Positions 9,393 through 18,193 of a stretch of DNA of 43,183 nucleotides are shown piece by piece (the stretch's first letter is position 1; each line of letters opens with the position of its first letter). The DNA is from Candidatus Brocadiia bacterium (GTDB lineage Bacteria; Planctomycetota; Brocadiia; SM23-32). Below the pieces are notes generated by a model, which did not search any database, was not told the DNA's origin, and saw only the letters and a list, made by a program, of their open reading frames with translations. A program made the translations under genes and the position numbers. The stretch spans positions 1-43,183 of the forward strand of contig JBKHIT010000041.1 of assembly GCA_046538485.1 (NCBI GenBank), in the 5' to 3' direction.

Positions 9393-10721
9393 ATGAAACC
9401 TGTTCTCCAGCTCGCCCTGGATTTTGTGAATCTTTCTCGTGCGATTCGCGCGGCACGGGAGGGGATAGAAGGCGGCGTTGACTGGCTTGAAGCCGGGACA
9501 CCCTTGATCAAAAGCGAAGGTCTGGATGCCGTCCGAACTCTCCGTCACAAATTTCCGTCCAATACGATTGTTGCCGATATGAAGGTGATGGATGCGGGCC
9601 GCCTCGAAACGGAAGCCGCTGCGAAAGCTGGAGCCGATATTATCCATGTGCTCGGAGCCGCCAGCGATAGCACCATTAAAGAATGCATCGAAGCCGCAGA
9701 ACGTTACGATGCACGAGTTTGCATCGATTTATTGGGGTTTCCCGATCAGCAAAGCATGATCCGCCGCGCATGCGAGGTCGAGGAAATGGGCGCCGCTGCG
9801 GTCTGTGTTCATACGCCTATCGATGTCCAAATGCAAGGGGATGTTCCCCTGGAAGATCTTCGTAGCGTTGCAAGCAGCGTGCGACTGTCCGTTGCGGTGG
9901 CCGGCGGTATCAATTCGGAAACAGCACCGAGTGCAATAAAAGGCGGCGCAAGTATCATCATCATCGGAGGGGCCATCAACAAAGCCCCGGATGCCACGGA
10001 AGCCGCGCGGGCGATTAAAAAATCTATGGAGACCGGCGAATCCATCGAATCGGAACTCTATAAACGGGGCGGCGTGGGTGAAATTGCACAGGTCCTCGAG
10101 AATTCGTCGGCAGCCGATATCACCATGGCTATGCATAACCGGGGCGTCATCGAAGGCATGCGACCGGTCGTGGAGGATATCCATATGATCGGCCGAGCCC
10201 TCACGGTCTGGACCTATCCCGGCGACTGGGCGAAACCGGTCGAGGCTATTGATCAGGCTGAAAAAGGGGATGTTCTTGTTATCGATTCGGGGAACCGGAC
10301 TCCGGCGGTCTGGGGGGAAATGGCGACAAAAAGTTGCATCCAGCGGAAGCTCTCAGGGGTCGTCATTCAGGGCGCGATCCGAGATACGATGAACATCCGC
10401 GAAATGGGGTTCCCCGCTTTCTCAACCCTCATTACGCCCGTGGCGGGAGAGCCAAAGGGCAGAGGTATGATCAATGTGCCCCTCCATATCGGTGGACAGG
10501 TAGTCCGCACCGGAGATTGGATCATCGGAGACGATGATGGGGTGGTTGTTATCCCCAGGGAAAAAGCTGTTGAAGTTGCAAACCGGGCTCAATCTGTGAA
10601 AGAACAAGAGGATCGGGAAATGGCTGAAATTGACAGGGGGAGCACGCTTGGAGAAGTCTCAGAACTCACACGCTGGGAACAACAGAGGAAAGACGACGAT
10701 GGGAAAGAAAGCGACTCCTGA
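9393..10721 (+). CDS. hxlA: 3-hexulose-6-phosphate synthase fused to an RraA/HMG-aldolase-like domain
   Basis: N-terminus LQLALD, LEAGTPLIKSEG, VADMKVMDAG, AVAGGIN. C-terminus GRALTV, AVWGEMA, GAIRD, GDWIIGDDDGVVVIP. Confidence 0.88.
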   Translation: MKPVLQLALDFVNLSRAIRAAREGIEGGVDWLEAGTPLIKSEGLDAVRTLRHKFPSNTIVADMKVMDAGRLETEAAAKAGADIIHVLGAASDSTIKECIEAAERYDARVCIDLLGFPDQQSMIRRACEVEEMGAAAVCVHTPIDVQMQGDVPLEDLRSVASSVRLSVAVAGGINSETAPSAIKGGASIIIIGGAINKAPDATEAARAIKKSMETGESIESELYKRGGVGEIAQVLENSSAADITMAMHNRGVIEGMRPVVEDIHMIGRALTVWTYPGDWAKPVEAIDQAEKGDVLVIDSGNRTPAVWGEMATKSCIQRKLSGVVIQGAIRDTMNIREMGFPAFSTLITPVAGEPKGRGMINVPLHIGGQVVRTGDWIIGDDDGVVVIPREKAVEVANRAQSVKEQEDREMAEIDRGSTLGEVSELTRWEQQRKDDDGKESDS

Positions 10722-11277
10722 CCTTTTTGATGTTTTCCGCGCCCGCCTCGGCGGCATCGAAACGTTGCTCGAAGACATGGACGAAAATGCTGCCGAAATC
10801 CTTTTTAACATGATCCTCGATGCGGGTGGTATATTCGTTACCGGGAAAGGGCGTTCAGGCTACGTTGCAAACTGTTTCGCTATGCGACTCATGCAAATGG
10901 GATTCGATGTTTATGTCCCCGGGGAGGCTACCTGCCGGAGAATCGGTGACCAAGACCTGATGATTGCCATCTCCTGTAGCGGGAGCACGACGACAACAGT
11001 TGAGATGACGCGTATCTCGCGTGAATCCGAAGCGAAAGTTGTCGCCGTCACGGCTGTGCTGAATTCGCGTCTCGCCCAACTTGCCGACCATACTGTCCTG
11101 GTACCCGTCACAGAGCGCGAAGTAAAAGAACGCTACCGTTATGTGCTCGGACCTTACAATAATACACTGTTTGAAGAAGCCGCTTTGCTTTATTTCGATG
11201 CGCTGCTCTACTGTATGCTGAGCCGGGAAGGAATCCCTGAAGGGCAGCTTGACGAACGCCATACCAATCTGGAATAG
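10699..11277 (+). CDS. hxlB: 6-phospho-3-hexuloisomerase (SIS domain)
   Basis: IFVTGKGRSG, FAMRLMQMG, AISCSGST, TLFE, HTNLE end; overlaps the HPS gene. Confidence 0.9.
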   Translation: MGKKATPDLFDVFRARLGGIETLLEDMDENAAEILFNMILDAGGIFVTGKGRSGYVANCFAMRLMQMGFDVYVPGEATCRRIGDQDLMIAISCSGSTTTTVEMTRISRESEAKVVAVTAVLNSRLAQLADHTVLVPVTEREVKERYRYVLGPYNNTLFEEAALLYFDALLYCMLSREGIPEGQLDERHTNLE

Positions 11278-11301
11278 GCCCGCATAAATGGGAGAACTGA
11301 A

Positions 11302-12174
11302 ATGCCGGTGGAGTTCTGCATCGTCGGAGCCGGGAAGGTCGGCCCATCCCTGGCTCACCTGCTCCATGAAGCGGGCTGGATATTTGTGGGGGCGGCGGAC
11401 CACTCAATGGAGTCGGCTAAAGCTGCCTGTCAGTTCGTCGGAGAGGGAGAAGCAGCATCGAATCCCGCTGAGATTGCTTCGCAGGCGAAACTTACTCTCA
11501 TTACCACCCCGGACGAGGCTATTGAGGACGTTTGCGGTGAAATTGCTGAAAACGGAGGTTTTGACGCGCATTCCATTGCCGCTCACTGCAGCGGAGCCCT
11601 GTCCTCCGATGTCCTGGAACCGGCACGTGCCAGAGGAGCAGCCGTCGGCAGCATGCATCCTTTGCAAAGTTTTGCAACCCGCCAGCAAGCCTTGAGATTA
11701 ATTCCGGGATCCTATTGCTGTGTAGAAGGTGACCCGGCGGCAGTAGGAGTTCTTACTGATGCCGCCGAGGCCATTGGAATGGAATCGATGTCAATCCCCA
11801 CTGAAAACAAGTCGCTTTACCACGCCGCGGCTGTGATGGCATGCAACTACCTCGTTGCATTACAGGATGCGGCGATGGAACTGGCTGCCGAGTCCGGTTT
11901 AAAGCGCGAGGTGGCTTTGAAAGCGTTTCTCCCTTTGATTCAAGGGACAGTCCAGAATCTGAAGAAACTGGGGCTGACCAATTGTCTCACGGGCCCGATA
12001 GTACGAGGCGATGTTGAAACCGTCCGCCGACATCTTGAAGCGCTGCAGGAATCCCGCATTGAGCTGGCTCGGCTGTACCGGCGTCTGGGATTGCGGACAC
12101 TTGAGATTGCGCGACGGACAGGCAGGTTGAGTGAGGACGAACTCAAGGACCTGAAGACAGTTCTGAGCGAATAG
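11302..12174 (+). CDS. Rossmann-like plus DUF2520 oxidoreductase (PanG-like)
   Basis: IVGAGKVG, HCSGAL, SMHPLQSF, YHAAAVMACNY, LTGPIVRGD. Confidence 0.85.
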   Translation: MPVEFCIVGAGKVGPSLAHLLHEAGWIFVGAADHSMESAKAACQFVGEGEAASNPAEIASQAKLTLITTPDEAIEDVCGEIAENGGFDAHSIAAHCSGALSSDVLEPARARGAAVGSMHPLQSFATRQQALRLIPGSYCCVEGDPAAVGVLTDAAEAIGMESMSIPTENKSLYHAAAVMACNYLVALQDAAMELAAESGLKREVALKAFLPLIQGTVQNLKKLGLTNCLTGPIVRGDVETVRRHLEALQESRIELARLYRRLGLRTLEIARRTGRLSEDELKDLKTVLSE

Positions 12175-12215
12175 GTCCTTCGCAACAGGCAGCTTGTCGG
12201 CGTCGGACTCGCAGG

Positions 12216-12440
12216 TCAGACCTTCTTTACCTGCAGTCCCAGGGACGTAATTTCGAACGTCCCATTTCCGTCAACCGACTCGCAATGATATCCAGCAGTT
12301 GTTCTGATGACGCGCCGGACTGCCGGTTGGTTAAGTCCGTGGGCGTGTTTAATAGCTTCATAGACATGAAGCATAAATTTGCGCCCATCTTCCGAATTCG
12401 CCAAAAACCTGTCCACCAATTCGTACTTTTTGTTAAACAT
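12216..12440 (-). CDS. Small hypothetical protein (74 aa), paralog A
   Basis: 46/74 aa identical, without gaps, to the protein at 16187-16456. Confidence 0.75.
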   Translation of the reverse strand: MFNKKYELVDRFLANSEDGRKFMLHVYEAIKHAHGLNQPAVRRVIRTTAGYHCESVDGNGTFEITSLGLQVKKV

Positions 12441-12571
12441 TAAGCTACCTTTCTGCTGCTCCCTGAGTTTCCAAAAAGCCGCCAAATGTTCCAGACATGC
12501 CGTTTTCCCCTTACGAAAATCGGCTATTCTGTCCGGCTGTCTATCCGACTGCTATCCTGAACACGACAAAT

Positions 12572-12601
12572 ATACTACCAGCAACGGTTTAAGTAAGTCA
12601 A
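12572..12601 (-). promoter_or_regulatory. Putative promoter of paralog A
   Basis: Minus strand TTGACT-18 bp-TAGTAT; the same layout occurs upstream of paralog B. Confidence 0.55.
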
Positions 12602-12671
12602 ATGTTTTTTTGGGGAACTTGCGCTGTCGATCGTTTCGCTGTTTCGTGACGTTATATCCCCGCCTTGCGCC

Positions 12672-13253
12672 GTCTATCGACCCGATTCGGAAGGGAAAAT
12701 CGACCTATCGGGATCGCCGCATGATACCTCGGCCGCGAGTCCCTGGAGCGAGGACGTCTCCGCTCTGACCGGAATCTATTCTTACCTGGTGCGGGCGGTG
12801 GATTCCGATGGCAACGAAGAAGCGAACATCCAGCAAATGGTGACGGTGATTCTGGACTCCGGAACGGAGACGGGTATCCCCGCCGAACCCCGGTCGGTAA
12901 CGGTGAGTTCCGTCGCCGGCGGCAAGATCGAGGTGGAGTTCCTGTATGATCCGTATTACGAGGAAAACGGGCCCGGAATCGCCGAGGAGGCCCGGATCTA
13001 CTGGGACGATGGTACCGGCACGATGGACTGGTCGAGCCCGCATGCCACTGTGTCCCTGGGCGGCCCGACCGAGGCAGACCGTTATACCTGGGAGAGCGCT
13101 GCCCTCACCGACGGCACCGAATATCAGTTTACCGTGCGGATCGCCAGTGACGTCCATCCGGCCGGTATCGAGACCGAGAACACCGACACCCACGTGGCCA
13201 CCCCCGACAGCGACGTGCCGGCAACACCGGCGCTCGAGGCGGAGGTAATATAG
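12672..13253 (+). pseudogene. 5'-truncated fibronectin-III-like, probably phage-derived, gene
   Basis: The frame is open upstream of GTG 12789 (…GIYSYLVRAVDSDGNEEAN…PAEPRSVTV…LTDGTEYQFTVR) with no RBS or start visible. High GC relative to its neighbours. Confidence 0.6.
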
Positions 13254-13415
13254 ATGCCTTTGTCCATACAAAGCCGCCCCTCTATTTTTAGGAATCTGGC
13301 GTAACATCAGGCAAGCTTCAATTTTTGAATTTTGGGGCCTTTATCCCGTGCTCTGACTTTCTCCTGGAAAAGTAAATTTGTTTGTCTGAACCGCATATTA
13401 TTTGACTGTAATGAT

Positions 13416-15266
13416 GAGCCATTTGCGCTGATTGGAAGTGCTTGGTCGGCCGGGGTTTGGAGGTAGGGGGAAAAAGTCTTTACCCCAGGATCGCCTCCTC
13501 AGAGCGCCTGTGGACCGGTCCGAGCGCGAATCCCCCGTTTTTCACCCCAAAGCCCCCAAATAAGAGTGTGCGCCCCCTCCGAGTATGGTAAGATGTGCAT
13601 CTACATAGAGTTACACCTGCCACGCAAGGAGAAAGCGCACAATGGCCAGTATACCACAAACGAGATTGTTTTGCTGGGAAGATGTCGAGAACCTGGGCGA
13701 CCTCCAGCGCCTGCGCCTGGTGCTGAAGGCAATCCCCGATGAGCCCCTGATGCAGACCCTGGAGGCCGAGCGCGGCAAGGGGCGCAATGATTATCCGGTG
13801 CGGCCGATGTGGAATTCGGTGCTGGCCGGAATCGTGTTTCAGCACCCCTCGGTCCAGAGCCTGCGGCGGGAGCTTCTGCGCAATGACCGCCTGCGCTGGA
13901 TGTGCGGCTTTGATCCCGTCATGGAGGCCGCCGAGGCGGTGGGGGGTCCGGATAACTACAGCCGGTTCCTGAAGAACCTGATGGCCCACCAGGGCCAGAT
14001 CGACGAGATATTCGATGCGCTGGTGGATGCGCTGGGGGAGGAGCTGGAGGGTCTGGGGCGGCATCTGGCCTTCGACTCGAAGGGCATCCAGACGCATGCG
14101 CGCCCCCGGGGCAAGGAGCAATATGAGGAGCTGCGCGAGCGGGAGATGCGCGAGGGGCGGGACGGGCGGCGCGACCTGGACGCGGATTTCGGCAAGAAGA
14201 CCTACCGGGGCACCGACGGGGACGGCACGCTCTGGGAGCAGACCAAGAAGTGGTTCGGCTACAAGCTGCACCTGGCGGTGGATGCCACCTGTGAGCTGCC
14301 GGTGGCCTACGAGGTGACGCGCGCATCGAGACCTGATAACAAGGTGGCGGCGGCGGTGATCGAGGATATGGATGTGCGCCATCCTGAGCTTCTGAAAGGG
14401 TGTGAGGCGGCGATGGCCGACAAGGCATACGATGACATCAAGATCATCGATCAGCTCTGGGACGGGGGGGATCCGGAGGAGCCGCGGCGCATACTACCGG
14501 TGATCCCCAAGCGGCAGGATTGGAAGGACGGGGAGGAGACCCGCCCCCTGCTTGAGGGCGCCGACAACATCGTCTACGACTGCCAGGGCCGGCTCTACTG
14601 CCACTGCTGGAAGACGGGCAGGCGGCGGGCGATGCTCTACTGCGGGTATGAGAGGAAGCGGGACACTCAGAAGTGGCGCTGCCCGGCAGCCGCCTACGGG
14701 CTGGAGTGCGAGAGTTACTGGCGCTGCAGCGGGGACTCATCCTACGGGCGGGTGGTGCGTGTGAAGCGCGAGTTTGACCGTCGCACGTTTCTGCCCACAG
14801 CGCGGAGCGGCTACCGATTTGAGCGCCTGTATCGGGAGCGCGGGGCGGTGGAGCGTGTGAACAGCCGGCTGGATGTGAGCTTCGGATTTGAACGTCACTA
14901 CATACGCGGTCTGGCGAAGATGCGGCTTCGCTGCTCGCTGGCCCTTGTGGTGATGCTGGCGATGGCGCTGGGCCGGGCGAGGGAGAACAAGGAGAAGGAG
15001 GGAAAGGAGCGCAGGAGCGCCCCGACGGTTCGCAGCCTGGTAGGGGCGGCGTAGCCCCCGCCGGGCAGCGGGAAAAACCGGCCGCATCCGGACCGCCACG
15101 GGAGAGGTGTGTGAGTCCGGGCAGATTGGGGGCATTCGGGACGCGCAAACGCAGGCGGAGCGGGCCAGGCGGTCGTTTGGGCGGGTCCGGCTCCCCGCGC
15201 GGCACTGCTCCCGGGCCGAACTCGCGCCCCCTCCACGCCCACAGAACCCCACAGCGCAAATGGCCC
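13416..15266 (+). mobile_element. Complete insertion sequence (1851 bp), DDE type, IS1182/IS5-like
   Basis: IRL GAGCCATTTGCGCTG (13416-13430), IRR CAGCGCAAATGGCCC (15252-15266), TSD TAATGAT at 13409-13415 and 15267-15273. GC is clearly higher than in the flanks. Confidence 0.93.
13642..15054 (+). CDS. DDE transposase
   Basis: GRNDYPVR, AFDS, WFGYKLHL.VD, ADKAYD, Y.ER..VERVNSRL; AAGGAG RBS. Confidence 0.93.
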   Translation: MASIPQTRLFCWEDVENLGDLQRLRLVLKAIPDEPLMQTLEAERGKGRNDYPVRPMWNSVLAGIVFQHPSVQSLRRELLRNDRLRWMCGFDPVMEAAEAVGGPDNYSRFLKNLMAHQGQIDEIFDALVDALGEELEGLGRHLAFDSKGIQTHARPRGKEQYEELREREMREGRDGRRDLDADFGKKTYRGTDGDGTLWEQTKKWFGYKLHLAVDATCELPVAYEVTRASRPDNKVAAAVIEDMDVRHPELLKGCEAAMADKAYDDIKIIDQLWDGGDPEEPRRILPVIPKRQDWKDGEETRPLLEGADNIVYDCQGRLYCHCWKTGRRRAMLYCGYERKRDTQKWRCPAAAYGLECESYWRCSGDSSYGRVVRVKREFDRRTFLPTARSGYRFERLYRERGAVERVNSRLDVSFGFERHYIRGLAKMRLRCSLALVVMLAMALGRARENKEKEGKERRSAPTVRSLVGAA

Positions 15267-15323
15267 TAATGATAAATTTTGGTAGAAGACCCGTAGCGCG
15301 TGGGAAAAGAAGAGGTGTTTCGT

Positions 15324-15671
15324 ATGGTAGAAGAAAAGGCAACTGACACGAAAGGGTTTTGGAAAAGTGTCATTGCTCAGAATATTGCCAAGCTTTTGGT
15401 CGCTACGCCGTTCACTGTGATCGGTTCCATCGCTCTCCTTCGCGCCGAGCGAAAAGACATTCCTAAGATCATTGCTGCATTGTTTGGATCAAAGTTGTTG
15501 TGCGTGTTAGGATGGATTCTTCTTTTGTTTGTGCTTGTAATCGCCATTATTGTGGTAAAATGGACATTAAAGTTTACCCATGAAGAATTGGACCGCGTTT
15601 GCCAACAACGTGATGAATTGCAGTCAAGATTGTTAGATAAAGATGTCCCTCACTCGAACGGGAGCAATTAA
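15324..15671 (+). CDS. Hypothetical membrane protein with C-terminal coiled coil
   Basis: GAGGTG RBS; hydrophobic segments; HEELDRVCQQRDELQSRLL. Confidence 0.75.
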   Translation: MVEEKATDTKGFWKSVIAQNIAKLLVATPFTVIGSIALLRAERKDIPKIIAALFGSKLLCVLGWILLLFVLVIAIIVVKWTLKFTHEELDRVCQQRDELQSRLLDKDVPHSNGSN

Positions 15672-16220
15672 ATGAGCCTGACAGGTATAAATTTGGCCTT
15701 TGCTATTATGACCGCTCTTTATTTGGCTTGTTTTGCTTTAAGTGCCCTTTACTGGCATGTTGTCCATCCGGCACTGGCAACAAGGATTCGCTTTGAACTT
15801 TTCAGGCAGAGGGATAGACTACGAAAAGAGGCTATAGAAGGCAATATTGATGCCCAGTCTTTTTGTTACGATCACCTTGAACGTCTTTTCTGTAGTGGCG
15901 TATATAATTCCGGGCTGACTGTCTTTCAGTTAAATTCCGAGATTACCGCAGCCCGTGACAATATTTCCGAAACAGTTGTCCGATTCCGAGAAGAGGCATC
16001 TCCAAAAGAGCGAGATTTGCAAAACCGTGCGATTATCTTGGTATGGTTATATGCGTGTCTTAACATTTCGCCTCTTTGGTGGGTAATAGCGATCATGGTT
16101 ATACTTAAGGACTGGATAGGGGAACAAATGGGACGACTTACGGAATCAGCTTTAATCAGGTTAGAAGAAACGGAATGTAAACGAGATCATTTGGGCGTGT
16201 CTTCACGCACACCTATTTGA
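15672..16220 (+). CDS. Hypothetical membrane protein
   Basis: ATG immediately after the previous TAA; N- and C-terminal TM segments around a soluble helical core. Confidence 0.75.
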   Translation: MSLTGINLAFAIMTALYLACFALSALYWHVVHPALATRIRFELFRQRDRLRKEAIEGNIDAQSFCYDHLERLFCSGVYNSGLTVFQLNSEITAARDNISETVVRFREEASPKERDLQNRAIILVWLYACLNISPLWWVIAIMVILKDWIGEQMGRLTESALIRLEETECKRDHLGVSSRTPI

Positions 16221-16456
16221 TGCCCACGTCTTAAAGCTGTTTGAACTTTCAAATCCAGCCCCTGAATCCTGTACGTCCCATTCCCATCCACCGACTCGCA
16301 GTAATACCCCGAGGTCGTCCGGATGACCTTCGGCGCGGCCGGTCGCTGCCGCCCGTTCTCCTGGGGGATAGCCTCGTAAACGTGAAGCGTGAAATCCCGC
16401 CCGTCCTCTGATCTGGCGAGGAACCCGTCCGTCAGTTCGTATTTCTTCCGGTACAT
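16187..16456 (-). CDS. Small hypothetical protein, paralog B
   Basis: GAGGTGG RBS; homologous to 12216-12440. The last ~15 aa are unrelated read-through overlapping the convergent gene. Confidence 0.72.
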   Translation of the reverse strand: MYRKKYELTDGFLARSEDGRDFTLHVYEAIPQENGRQRPAAPKVIRTTSGYYCESVDGNGTYRIQGLDLKVQTALRRGHQIGVREDTPK

Positions 16457-16553
16457 TTTGCCACCTCTCAAATCCCGAAAGCCGCTGCTGATTTCTATCT
16501 GATGCCTGCCGATCTCGGATGTCACTTCAGCTGCAATGCTGTCTACCGCAGCA

Positions 16554-16664
16554 ATAGTAGCGGCAACATTCCCCCGAAGTCAAATACAGATCAGAGTATC
16601 AAACTCCCGGCGCAGGATTTTGCCGGGATCTTGCGTTGACTGGATCGATCTGTGACATTAAAAT
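16554..16664. promoter_or_regulatory. Divergent promoter pair with central palindrome
   Basis: Minus strand TTGACT-18-TACTAT (16583-16554); plus strand TTGACT-17-TAAAAT (16636-16664); TCCCGGC...GCCGGGA between them. Confidence 0.55.
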
Positions 16665-16714
16665 ATCCTTGATCATTGAGGTGGTTTATTTGCCGGGACA
16701 AAAGGAGGCTGTCT

Positions 16715-16966
16715 GTGCGGAAAGCGTGGGGTGAGTTGAAGTGCGATGAGCAGAATCCAATTCACAACGTCTTTTTTGAGATGTGGGGGCTGGATGAAAG
16801 TGCCGTAGATGGCTGGGGCGGAACGGCCCATTTGCCGGAAGACGAATCCCTGTCAATTTCCGAGGGCCAGGAGTTTGATGTGAAATTCAAGGACGGCCGC
16901 GAGAGCAGGATCGTCGTAGAAACCCCATTCCCGAGCTGCACGGCGTTTCAGTTTCGGGGGGAGTAG
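16715..16966 (+). CDS. Small acidic hypothetical protein
   Basis: GTG preceded by AGGAGG, with a promoter upstream. Confidence 0.65.
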   Translation: MRKAWGELKCDEQNPIHNVFFEMWGLDESAVDGWGGTAHLPEDESLSISEGQEFDVKFKDGRESRIVVETPFPSCTAFQFRGE

Positions 16967-17037
16967 CGATAACGACAGATTTTCTAATTACAGCACTGTT
17001 TCTGGAAATATCATTTTTTGTTTCTTTTGATCTATTC

Positions 17038-17066
17038 TTGACAACAGGTATGCCAGATGCTATATA
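17038..17066 (+). promoter_or_regulatory. Putative sigma70 promoter of the TA operon
   Basis: TTGACA-17 bp-TATATA in an AT-rich stretch. Confidence 0.6.
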
Positions 17067-17178
17067 GAATAATATACGGGGATAGTATTTGAACAAATGA
17101 TTGATCTTAGATTGGACGGGATGTTACTTGTTTTGGATGAAGTTGATATCGTTCAGCTTCTGATATGGAGAATGGTAA

Positions 17179-17760
17179 ATGAGGCGCTCTGAAAAAGTAA
17201 AATTGATGCAAGTTGTTGCTTATTTCCTTAGAGACGAACCGTCCCAGCGCTTAAACTATATGCGGCTTATCAAGCTCATTTATCTGGCAGATCGCCGAAG
17301 TCTTGAAGAAACGGGAGAGACGATGACTCATTCTCGTTTTGTGGCAATGGATCGGGGACCTGTGCTCAGCGAACTGTACGATTACATTAAGGGCGAATAC
17401 CAGGATTTTCCTGAATGGCAAAGATTTTTTCAGAAGCAACATTACGAAATAGTTATGCGTGAAGATCCGGGAATAGGAAAATTGTCCAGCTATGAAGCAA
17501 AGGTTCTTCAAGAGATCAAAGAGGAACATGTAGATCGGGACGAATTTGATCTTGCTGAATGGACGCACAAATTAGAGGAATGGGAAAAGAACAAACCACC
17601 TTTAGGTTCATCACAAGAGATCCCCAATGAAGATCTTCTTGAAGCAGTTGGGCGTAGCGAAGATATAGAATTGATTCGCGAGCAAGCAGCAAGCCGTCAA
17701 TTTTTGGCTTCTTTGGCGGAGGGGAGGAGTAATGAGTGTCGAGATCGGTTCGACATTTAG
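17179..17760 (+). CDS. Panacea (DUF4065/SocA-like) antitoxin
   Basis: LNYMRLIKLIYLADR, AMDRGPVLSELYD, L.EWTH..EW. Confidence 0.88.
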   Translation: MRRSEKVKLMQVVAYFLRDEPSQRLNYMRLIKLIYLADRRSLEETGETMTHSRFVAMDRGPVLSELYDYIKGEYQDFPEWQRFFQKQHYEIVMREDPGIGKLSSYEAKVLQEIKEEHVDRDEFDLAEWTHKLEEWEKNKPPLGSSQEIPNEDLLEAVGRSEDIELIREQAASRQFLASLAEGRSNECRDRFDI

Positions 17761-18133
17761 AGATCCTACCCGAAAAGTGGAAACTCACCTTTTCGTAATC
17801 ATATCGAAGGTTACGGATGATGAAAAAGTAGTTGTGACAAATTTTACGTCTTTTGTAGGGGCAGAATGGCAAGATGATACCTGTATTATTTTACCAGAGG
17901 AGTACAAGCAGCTGTCGAGGTCTTCTTGTATTTCATATAGTGACAGTAATTTAGTGTCTTTTGCTAATTTAGAACATGCTGTAGAATCGGGGGGTATAGC
18001 TCTTTCAGATTGTGTGCCTGAAAATGTATTGAATAAGATCCTTGCTGGAGCGGCTGAAAGCGAGTATCTGGAGAATAATTTGAAAAATATTCTGGATGAA
18101 CAAGGGCTATTACCGGAAGAACCTGCCTTGTAA
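17732..18133 (+). CDS. Putative PemK/MazF-like toxin
   Basis: Overlaps the Panacea gene. HLFVII, V.NFTS, DDTCII.P, S.I.Y pattern resembles a PemK-like fold. Confidence 0.6.
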   Translation: MSVEIGSTFRDPTRKVETHLFVIISKVTDDEKVVVTNFTSFVGAEWQDDTCIILPEEYKQLSRSSCISYSDSNLVSFANLEHAVESGGIALSDCVPENVLNKILAGAAESEYLENNLKNILDEQGLLPEEPAL

Positions 18134-18193
18134 ATTTTGCTATACCCATGCCCCGATTTTTCGTTTCATAATGGTAGTTTTCCGTGTTATTCT

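Noticed and set aside
12175..12700. att duplication of the tRNA-His 3' end
   Set aside because: No TGGGGTGACC-like copy was found at the left side of the island by eye.
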